DNA of 31,156 nucleotides from a virus (Duplodnaviria; Heunggongvirae; Uroviricota; Caudoviricetes): IMG/VR virus record IMGVR_UViG_2778261417_000015, positions 1 to 31,156 of that record; one strand, 5' to 3'. Shown piece by piece: positions 24,606 to 31,156 of this stretch (position 1 is its first letter; each line of letters starts with the position of its first letter). The notes under the pieces were generated by a model. It saw only the letters and a program-made list of their open reading frames with translations, ran no database searches and was not told where the DNA came from. The position numbers and the translations under genes were made by a program.

Positions 24606-25967
24606 GTGAAGCTATCCAGCATCCACGTTAAATCCCTCGCCATCAACGCCTCCAACATCTCAACGACCACCATTAACGGCCAGGAACACTACGTCATTCG
24701 TGGTGCGGTCCCGATCGTCGATGACATCGTGATGAATGGCGGCCTGTACCCGGCGGAGGAGATTAACAACAGCTACCAGACGATGGAAGGCAAGCTGATG
24801 CCTCTCCCACACCCGATGGTAGATGGCAAATATGTCAGCGCTAATGACCCGCGCGCAATTAACACCTATCACGTCGGGGCCTGGGCGCAGAACGTCAGCA
24901 AATCCGGCGATCAGGTCGTCATGGACGTTTACATCAACAAGGCTGTCGCTGAGACAAAGCCGGATGGCAAACGCTTGATTAATCGCCTTGATGAGATGAT
25001 CGCCGGCACCAACACCGACCCGATCCACCTCTCTACGGGGCTGCTCACCAACAAAGAGAAAAAGTCAGGTGAGTCGAAGGGGAAGAAGCACTCCTGGATC
25101 GCCCGCAACATGCAGTTCGACCACATCGCCATCTTGCTGGATGAGCCGGGCGCCGGAACGCCGGAAGAGGGCGTCGGAATGTTCGTAAATGCTGACGGGC
25201 AGGAAGGAGAAGTTGAAAACGCCAGCCTCATCGACGCGGCTAACAGCCTTAAAGTCGGGCTGCTGAATAAGGTGAAGTTCTTCTTCACCCACAACTCCGA
25301 CGCTTCATTCGACGAAATCTACCAGATGCTGCGGGAAGCTATCCGCGCGCCATCCGGAAGTGATGTCTATCGCTACGTCGTAACCGTCTGGCCGGACAAA
25401 TTCATCTACGAAGAGGGCTCCAAACTCTTCCAGCAGAAATACCTCATCGATGACAACGCGGTAACGCTGGTCGGTGAGCCACTCGAAGTCGTGCGCAAAC
25501 CAACTGAGTACGAAGTCAAAACCAACGGAGAAATAAACCCGATGAAAGAGAAGATGATCGCCGCGCTCAATGCCGCAGGCGTTAAAACCGAGGGGCTGAC
25601 CGACGATCAGGTCTGGGATGCCTACAACCAGCAGATGCAGAAAAAAGAGGGGGGCGGCGACCCGGGCCAGGCTCAGATCAACTCTGATGTGATTACTGCT
25701 GCTGTTAATGCTGCGCTCACCCCGCTGAACGAAAAGCTGAGCAAGCTTGAAACTCAGCTGCAGGCGAACGCTGAAAGCGACCTGAAAATCAAGCGCGATG
25801 CGGTTAAAGCGAAATTCTCGTTCATGACTGAAGCGGCGATCAACTCGCTGGTTGGCGACGCGCTGAACGACTTGTACTCACAGTGCCAGACCAGCACCGG
25901 TCTGAACCCTGCATTCCAGGGGAATGGCGCTCAGAGTGAAATCCTTAACATGGAGGCACCTGAATAA
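24606..25967 (+). CDS. Putative scaffolding or prohead maturation protein (453 aa)
   Basis: Large ORF between the morphogenesis and capsid genes with a coiled-coil C-terminal part. GAGGA RBS before the GTG. Function by position. Confidence 0.45.
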   Translation: MKLSSIHVKSLAINASNISTTTINGQEHYVIRGAVPIVDDIVMNGGLYPAEEINNSYQTMEGKLMPLPHPMVDGKYVSANDPRAINTYHVGAWAQNVSKSGDQVVMDVYINKAVAETKPDGKRLINRLDEMIAGTNTDPIHLSTGLLTNKEKKSGESKGKKHSWIARNMQFDHIAILLDEPGAGTPEEGVGMFVNADGQEGEVENASLIDAANSLKVGLLNKVKFFFTHNSDASFDEIYQMLREAIRAPSGSDVYRYVVTVWPDKFIYEEGSKLFQQKYLIDDNAVTLVGEPLEVVRKPTEYEVKTNGEINPMKEKMIAALNAAGVKTEGLTDDQVWDAYNQQMQKKEGGGDPGQAQINSDVITAAVNAALTPLNEKLSKLETQLQANAESDLKIKRDAVKAKFSFMTEAAINSLVGDALNDLYSQCQTSTGLNPAFQGNGAQSEILNMEAPE

Positions 25968-26428
25968 TGGCTCTCGCACCTCGTTTCCATACCGTAATCG
26001 CGGGCCCGGCCCGTAAGAATGACCCGCAGGTCATTGAAGCAATCATGGCGGCGGCCGTGAAACCCGGATCACTGGTGATGCTCGATAGTGCCGGGAAACT
26101 GGCAGTTCACAATCTCGCTGGCGGCGCAGGCGTTGCACTGGCTCTTCAGCACAACTATATCGGCGGTGGTGACATTCGCGACTCGGTTCCTGCAGGTGAC
26201 ACCGGCGCGGCCATCATGTGCGAAGACGATGTGGATTACCACATGCTGGTTAAGGCAGGCGAAGTGCTGCTGGAAAACGAAGGCCTGGTTTCTGCCGGTG
26301 ACGGCACTCTTGCCAAGGCCACCACGCCAGCCACCGACCAGATCCTCTTTTATTCACGCGAAAAAATCACCGTTGGCGCTGAAGCTCAGCTCGTGAAAGT
26401 TCGCAAATCAGGGAAAGCAACCGCATGA
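25967..26428 (+). CDS. Putative head decoration or structural protein (153 aa)
   Basis: Gly/Ala-rich small protein immediately upstream of the major capsid gene and overlapping both neighbours. Confidence 0.4.
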   Translation: MALAPRFHTVIAGPARKNDPQVIEAIMAAAVKPGSLVMLDSAGKLAVHNLAGGAGVALALQHNYIGGGDIRDSVPAGDTGAAIMCEDDVDYHMLVKAGEVLLENEGLVSAGDGTLAKATTPATDQILFYSREKITVGAEAQLVKVRKSGKATA

Positions 26429-27480
26429 GCATGATCGTATTCAACAAAAAGCTGATCACCGAGCACAACCAGGTGAAGCAGGCATGGAATCAGCTGCTGA
26501 TGCAGCGTGAATCCTTCAACATCAACCAGAACACCATTTCCGCCCAGTACGGCGGCGCACTGGAAGTTAACCAGGCTGCGCTGATCTCCAAAGACTACTG
26601 GCGTGAAGTGGACAACATCACAACCCGAGTCTTCCGTAATGACGAAGGCAACGGCCTGCTGGATGATCTGCTCGGTCTCGGTACTCCGATCTCTATTGGC
26701 AAGACAGCGGCGCTGTACCGCGTTTCCAGTGACGCTGGCAAGGTTCATCGCTCACTGACGGGCCACGTGCCGGAAGAACTGGATAAAGTCATCTACGACG
26801 AAGCTGGTGACCCAATACCAATCTTCAACACTGGCTACGGCCGTGAATGGCGTGAATGGAACGGCATGCAGTCGGAAAACCTCGACGCGATGGCTGACGA
26901 TCAGGAAGCGCACGTTGCGGCTATCCGTGAAGACATGGCTGACTACATGCTGTCAGGCGATGCGAAGGTGAAGGTGAAAGGATATGTCGGCGCAGGTATC
27001 ACCAACCACGCCAACACCAATCAGGTGGATCTGAGTGCGTCCGGTCTGAATATTGACCTGACCACATCGACTCCTGATGAATCAGTGGCATTCTTCACCG
27101 GCCCGTTCGCCAAGCTTCTGGATGATAACTACTTGCAGGAGAAGGTTAAGCTGTGGGCGTCGCCGGACATCATGCGCAACCTGAACCGACCGTATTCCGA
27201 TGCTGCCGGATTCAAAGAAGGAACTGTGCTGGAATACATTCTGCGCTATGGCCGCATCGAGTCGTTTAACCAGACCTTTAAACTGACCGGTAACCACTTC
27301 ATCGCTTACGTGCGCAATTCGCAGTACATCAAGACGCGCATCGCTGCGCCAGTGGGTACCTTCATGATCCCGCGTCAGAATCCGTTCGACAACTATAACT
27401 CACTGGTCTGGAGTGCTGTCGGCCTGCAGATTAAGCGCGACTTCAACGGTCGTTCTAAAGTGTTCAACGCACAGGGTTAA
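26425..27480 (+). CDS. Major capsid protein (351 aa)
   Basis: Size and position, followed by a very strong terminator as expected for a highly expressed capsid gene. Confidence 0.65.
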   Translation: MSMIVFNKKLITEHNQVKQAWNQLLMQRESFNINQNTISAQYGGALEVNQAALISKDYWREVDNITTRVFRNDEGNGLLDDLLGLGTPISIGKTAALYRVSSDAGKVHRSLTGHVPEELDKVIYDEAGDPIPIFNTGYGREWREWNGMQSENLDAMADDQEAHVAAIREDMADYMLSGDAKVKVKGYVGAGITNHANTNQVDLSASGLNIDLTTSTPDESVAFFTGPFAKLLDDNYLQEKVKLWASPDIMRNLNRPYSDAAGFKEGTVLEYILRYGRIESFNQTFKLTGNHFIAYVRNSQYIKTRIAAPVGTFMIPRQNPFDNYNSLVWSAVGLQIKRDFNGRSKVFNAQG

Positions 27481-27501
27481 GGGGCTTCGGCCCCTTTTCT
27501 T
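27481..27501 (+). terminator. Rho-independent terminator after the major capsid gene
   Basis: GGGGC-TTCG-GCCCC followed by TTTTCTT. Confidence 0.65.
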
Positions 27502-27512
27502 AGGGAGAGAGC

Positions 27513-27791
27513 ATGAAAAAGTTAAAAGTCGAGAAGACTGGCTGCTGGGGAACGATTAACGGCGTATTCCAGCAACTGCCGGTTGGTCATGAGTTTGTTG
27601 CGGTTGATGTTCCGCCAGCTTTCGCTGGGCGCGTTTCAGTGGTTGGCGAAGTCGACGAGCAGGAGATTGAAGTCGCCACGCCAGGCGCCAACGATAAATC
27701 TGCAGAGCAGGCAGAGCAGGCAGAGCAGGCAGAGCAGGCAGAGCAGGCAGAGCAGGCAGACACCTCCGCTAAATCGAAAAAGGCGAAATAA
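27513..27791 (+). CDS. Small structural-region protein with (AEQ)5 repeat (92 aa)
   Basis: Intact ORF with AGGGAGAGAG RBS. Contains the in-frame 9-bp tandem repeat. Confidence 0.5.
   Translation: MKKLKVEKTGCWGTINGVFQQLPVGHEFVAVDVPPAFAGRVSVVGEVDEQEIEVATPGANDKSAEQAEQAEQAEQAEQAEQADTSAKSKKAK
27702..27751 (+). repeat. Perfect tandem repeat, 9-bp unit GCAGAGCAG, five copies plus a partial
   Basis: Direct reading of the sequence; in frame, encoding AEQAEQAEQAEQAEQ. Confidence 0.85.
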
Positions 27792-27867
27792 CCATGGCAC
27801 TTCGTGAGTTCGATAACCCGTCTAAATCCCGCGATGAGCTGGATGAGCAAATCAAAGGTAAATAACC

Positions 27868-28248
27868 ATGGCTGACCCAATCACAGTGGCAGACGTGCAG
27901 GCGTTCCTCGGTGAATTGGGTTACTCCATCCCGGGCGCGCTGCTGGAGCCGATCCTCTGCGTGGTGAACAAAATCATTCCGTGCCTCGATGGCGCAGGGT
28001 ATGACGAGTGCACCGCGAAGCTGATCCTGATGTATGCAGCCGCGCTGATGGCTACGTCTTCCGGGGCTCGCCGCATCAAATCGCAGGGTGCGCCATCCGG
28101 AGCGTCCCGCTCGTTTGAATATGGCGATGACAGCATCACATGGCTGCGCGACTCTCTGGCGAAACTCGATACCAGCGGATGCACCAGTGAGTTACCGATC
28201 AGCGCCGGGAATAGCGTCGGCCTGTTCCTAGTAGTCGGAGGCTGCTGA
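27868..28248 (+). CDS. Putative head-tail connector or adaptor protein (126 aa)
   Basis: Position after the capsid genes and typical size. No strong motif. Confidence 0.45.
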   Translation: MADPITVADVQAFLGELGYSIPGALLEPILCVVNKIIPCLDGAGYDECTAKLILMYAAALMATSSGARRIKSQGAPSGASRSFEYGDDSITWLRDSLAKLDTSGCTSELPISAGNSVGLFLVVGGC

Positions 28249-28421
28249 TGACCTGGACATCTGTAAGCGTCCGGCTGCCGCGTTCTTTCACCCGCGTATG
28301 GGTAATGACCGACACCGGGCGGGAGACTACTGGCTACGTTAAATCGGACGGCGAGTGGTTCATCAACTGCCCGAGCATCCGGGCGACGGGCGCGAAGGTG
28401 CTGCGCTGGAAGGAGGGCTGA
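28248..28421 (+). CDS. Small hypothetical protein (57 aa), translationally coupled
   Basis: Hand-translated ORF (MTWTSVSVRLPRSF ... VLRWKEG) with a TGATG overlap upstream and an ATGA-type overlap downstream. Confidence 0.4.
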   Translation: MTWTSVSVRLPRSFTRVWVMTDTGRETTGYVKSDGEWFINCPSIRATGAKVLRWKEG

Positions 28422-28777
28422 TGTCGTCTACTGCTTCATGGTCATACAACAAGCCTTGCACGATATGGCGTAAGGGGGCTGGCGGTAATGACGAGTGGGG
28501 CGATCCTGTCGCCCCATACGAACTGCCTGAAACCATCATGTGCGACTATATCGGCGGCCTGTCAGCAAAGCTCGGGTCAATCGGTAAAGAGGTTGTCGTA
28601 AAAAACACCTTTTTTACGGCTTACGCTCTGGCTTATGAGGGAGATTACATCCTGATTGGTGTGAGCGCTGAACTAGACCCGATCGTGGCGGGTGCCGATG
28701 AAGTGCGTCACGTGACGCGCTGGAACGACACTCTCGACGGCCTGGAAGATGACTGGGCGATAATTACGGGAGTGTAG
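28421..28777 (+). CDS. Putative head closure or head-tail joining protein (118 aa)
   Basis: ATG at 28421 follows an AAGGAGGG RBS; the track ORF starting at 28355 lacks one. Assigned by position. Confidence 0.5.
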   Translation: MSSTASWSYNKPCTIWRKGAGGNDEWGDPVAPYELPETIMCDYIGGLSAKLGSIGKEVVVKNTFFTAYALAYEGDYILIGVSAELDPIVAGADEVRHVTRWNDTLDGLEDDWAIITGV

Positions 28778-28779
28778 CC

Positions 28780-29244
28780 ATGGGCATCAAAGTGAAGGGC
28801 ATCAGCCAGGCCAAGAAGAACCTGAACGGTGTCATCAACGACGTAAAGGGGCGCAAGGTAATTCGCGCGCTGCAGTCGGCGATGATACTCATCGGCGCCC
28901 GGGCAGCCTATTACACCCCGATCGACACCTCCACGCTGATTAACAGCCAGTTTCGGGAGATCGACGCTGGCGGCGTATTCATCACTGGCCGCATCGGCTA
29001 CTCAGCCAACTATGCTGCCTACGTCCATGAGGCGTCAGGCAAGCTGAAAGGTCAGCCGCGCGCGCACTTCGGCGTTACCAGCAACAGGTCTGAGTTCGGC
29101 CCGCAGAAACCGAAAGAGTTCGGCGGCGGGACCGGAAAGGGCAACTACTGGGATCCGCATGGTGAACCGCAATTTCTGACCAAAGGCGCTAATGACGAGC
29201 GCGATAACGTTGACGCGGTGATGCGCAAGGAGATGTCGCTATGA
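28780..29244 (+). CDS. HK97 gp10-like tail component (154 aa)
   Basis: Resembles the recalled HK97 gp10 family (AAYYTPIDTSTLINS). Confidence 0.6.
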   Translation: MGIKVKGISQAKKNLNGVINDVKGRKVIRALQSAMILIGARAAYYTPIDTSTLINSQFREIDAGGVFITGRIGYSANYAAYVHEASGKLKGQPRAHFGVTSNRSEFGPQKPKEFGGGTGKGNYWDPHGEPQFLTKGANDERDNVDAVMRKEMSL

Positions 29245-29624
29245 CGCCCATGATGCACGAGAGAGTGCGCAACATGTTGGGCGATGCCGGGCTAACGACC
29301 GGCTTCACGGTGCAGCAGTTGATGTACGACGACCCGGGCGACCAGTCGAAGGCGATCATGGTGTTCAGGCCAAACGGTGGTTCGAATATCCGCACTGATC
29401 TTGGCTCTGAGTACCACGTCTTGGTCGACGTTGTCGGCGCGAAAGATAAGCGCAGAGACGCGCTCAATGCAGTGCAGCGTATCGTCGATTATGTCCAGGC
29501 TAACCCAATGGCTGACGAATGCGTCGGCTACATCCAGAACATGGGCGCAATTCCCGCGCCGGTGCTCACAGAAGAAGGGCGAATAGTCTTCCGACTCCAG
29601 TTCGCCTGCACTTACGGCGAATAG
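29241..29624 (+). CDS. Putative tail terminator or completion protein (127 aa)
   Basis: Last gene before the major tail protein gene, with typical size. Confidence 0.45.
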   Translation: MTPMMHERVRNMLGDAGLTTGFTVQQLMYDDPGDQSKAIMVFRPNGGSNIRTDLGSEYHVLVDVVGAKDKRRDALNAVQRIVDYVQANPMADECVGYIQNMGAIPAPVLTEEGRIVFRLQFACTYGE

Positions 29625-29641
29625 CCATCCCAACCAAATAA

Positions 29642-29664
29642 CCCGCTCCGGCGGGTTTTCTTTT
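29642..29664 (+). terminator. Rho-independent terminator before the major tail gene
   Basis: CCCGC-TCCG-GCGGG followed by TTTTCTTTT. Confidence 0.6.
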
Positions 29665-29686
29665 ATACGTCAAAGAGGAGTTTCAC

Positions 29687-30430
29687 ATGGCTAATTGCCA
29701 GAACTCGAACGAGCGCCTGTTCGGCGGTGCGGTCGTGCTGGAAGTCGCCGATGGCTGCCCTGACGTCAAGCCACTTGAATCTGAGTGGATGGCGCTGGCG
29801 GCTGGTACGTCGAAGGGCTTCGACTTCAACCCGAACTCGGTTACCTCTGATGCAGATGACGGCGGCGGCTATGTCGAGACCATCATCACCAACAGTGACT
29901 TCACCCTGAGCTTTGAAGGCGAAGTGCGCAAGAAGGACAAGCTGGATCAGTACGGTGTCGGTAAGTTCATCAAGTATTTTGCTGATGAACTGAAGGCCAA
30001 GCGCCAGCCCGGTATCTGGGTGCGCATGGACTACGGCCCGGTCGAATTCATCGGCTACATGAATATCACGGCGCTGAGCTCTGACGGTGGCACGAACGAT
30101 ATCGTCACGTTCTCCACTGAGTTCAAAGTCGGCGACGCTAGCACCATCGAAGTGAACGAAATCACTGCGGTAGCGGTGACTGGCGTGACGGTAACACCGG
30201 CAACCAGCACTGGCGCGGCGGGTGGTACCAGCACCTTCACGGTGAATATCGCACCAACCGGCGCAACAAACACAGGCTTCACCGTTGCATCAACTGATCC
30301 AGCCAAAGCCACTGCCACAGCATCCGGTACCACCGTCACGGTGAACCGCGTCGCCACCGGCAGCGCGCAGATCATCATCAATACCGAAGACGGCAACTTT
30401 GTGGCCGTGCATACGGTTACCGTTACCTAA
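29687..30430 (+). CDS. Major tail protein with C-terminal Ig-like (Big_2-type) domain (247 aa)
   Basis: GAGGAG RBS. N-terminal tail-tube-like domain and a T/V/A-rich C-terminal Ig-like domain (TGVTVTPATSTGAAGGTSTFTV). Confidence 0.7.
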   Translation: MANCQNSNERLFGGAVVLEVADGCPDVKPLESEWMALAAGTSKGFDFNPNSVTSDADDGGGYVETIITNSDFTLSFEGEVRKKDKLDQYGVGKFIKYFADELKAKRQPGIWVRMDYGPVEFIGYMNITALSSDGGTNDIVTFSTEFKVGDASTIEVNEITAVAVTGVTVTPATSTGAAGGTSTFTVNIAPTGATNTGFTVASTDPAKATATASGTTVTVNRVATGSAQIIINTEDGNFVAVHTVTVT

Positions 30431-30487
30431 CGGACATTCCAAAGGGCGGCGTGCTGCCCTTGATAATGACCGTTTACTGGAAGGCAT

Positions 30488-31156
30488 ATGACCGCTTTAA
30501 CCGATATTGGCGAACTCTCTATCAGCGACAGCCGCGCAGGCGGTAAAGACTACCTGCTCAGGCCCTCATTCGAGGCTATGACGAGGATCGGCGCTCCAGA
30601 GGAGATTGTGCAGGCGTATGCCACCATCCACGGCAAAGACGTCGCACAGCTGGTTGAGGTGTGCGCTGGCATGCTGGGGCGCTTTCCTGAATGGCTATCA
30701 CCTTCATTCAACCGTGCAGCCGAGAAGCTGTTATCGACGTGCATGCTTGTGCTACAGGCGTGCTGTGAGGACGACCTGACGCCAATGATCGGCGAATGGA
30801 AAGGATGGCGGCATTGTGTCGTCTACCGCCCGGGCCAGATGCCTAAGAACGACATTATCGTACTGGCGCAGCACCTCATGCAGCACGGCATCGTCGGAAA
30901 GGCAAAGGTTCGCCAGTTGCAGCGCCACGAGACTGGCGAGCGCACTACGGAGTTCAAAGCCTTCGACTACATCAGCGCAGCACGTAGTCACTTTGGAATG
31001 AACCGCGCCGAAGCCTCTCAGTTAACGATGACCGAATTTCAGATGCTGCTGGCGGCGAAATACCCCGATCAGAAAGGTTTCACTCGCGATGAGTATGACA
31101 GCATCGCCGACGAATACCTGGCTAAACAGGCTGCACGTAGAAAGAAAGCCCGGTAA
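30488..31156 (+). CDS. Putative tail assembly chaperone (222 aa)
   Basis: Immediately downstream of the major tail protein gene. Ends with a stop codon at the window edge. Confidence 0.4.
   Translation: MTALTDIGELSISDSRAGGKDYLLRPSFEAMTRIGAPEEIVQAYATIHGKDVAQLVEVCAGMLGRFPEWLSPSFNRAAEKLLSTCMLVLQACCEDDLTPMIGEWKGWRHCVVYRPGQMPKNDIIVLAQHLMQHGIVGKAKVRQLQRHETGERTTEFKAFDYISAARSHFGMNRAEASQLTMTEFQMLLAAKYPDQKGFTRDEYDSIADEYLAKQAARRKKAR

Noticed and set aside
27702-27751. Tandem repeat considered as a possible CRISPR array or minisatellite
   Set aside because: The units are contiguous 9-mers with no spacers, in frame inside a coding sequence; not a CRISPR array.
30055-30487. Minus-strand ORFs antisense to the Ig-like domain of the major tail protein
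   Set aside because: This is the mirror frame of a threonine/valine/alanine-rich coding segment with no independent signals.
30431-30487. Hairpin AAGGGC...GCCCTT after the major tail gene considered as a terminator
   Set aside because: No T-tract follows the stem; it may be an attenuator or RNA stability element, but the evidence is too weak to call.

Overview
The window is a near-contiguous segment of a lambdoid (siphovirus-type) prophage or phage genome, read from the integration-proximal end towards the tail genes. All calls below rest on reading the six-frame translations and the DNA by eye and on recalled family signatures; no database search was run. Layout: (1) 1-7000, minus strand, early-left operon: AlpA/Xis-like excisionase, small accessory ORFs, TraR/DksA-like zinc finger, N6-adenine methyltransferase, lambda-type exonuclease, RecT recombinase, Gam, Kil-like peptide; (2) 7200-9100, immunity region: candidate OL operators, an AT-rich 195-aa gene translationally coupled to the cI-type repressor, divergent cro-like gene and nut-like boxA plus hairpin; (3) 9100-12550, replication: YdaT/CII-position protein, O-like initiator with embedded iterons, DnaB-family helicase, Ren-like protein; (4) 12550-14880, an AT-rich accessory island with membrane proteins, one on the opposite strand; (5) 14880-18540, NinB, NinG, Q-like antiterminator, late promoter and terminator region, holin-endolysin-Rz/Rz1; (6) 18570-19540, three small unknown ORFs; (7) 19560-31156, terminase small and large subunits, portal, MuF-like head protein, a membrane-anchored moron with its own terminator, scaffold-like, decoration-like and major capsid proteins, head-tail proteins, major tail protein with Ig-like domain, and a tail assembly chaperone-like protein. 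No rRNA, tRNA or CRISPR array was recognised. The best candidates for undescribed biology are the accessory genes at classical phage defence or moron hotspots: the cI-coupled 195-aa gene, the AT-rich nin-region island and the head-module moron. Their functions cannot be assigned from sequence alone.
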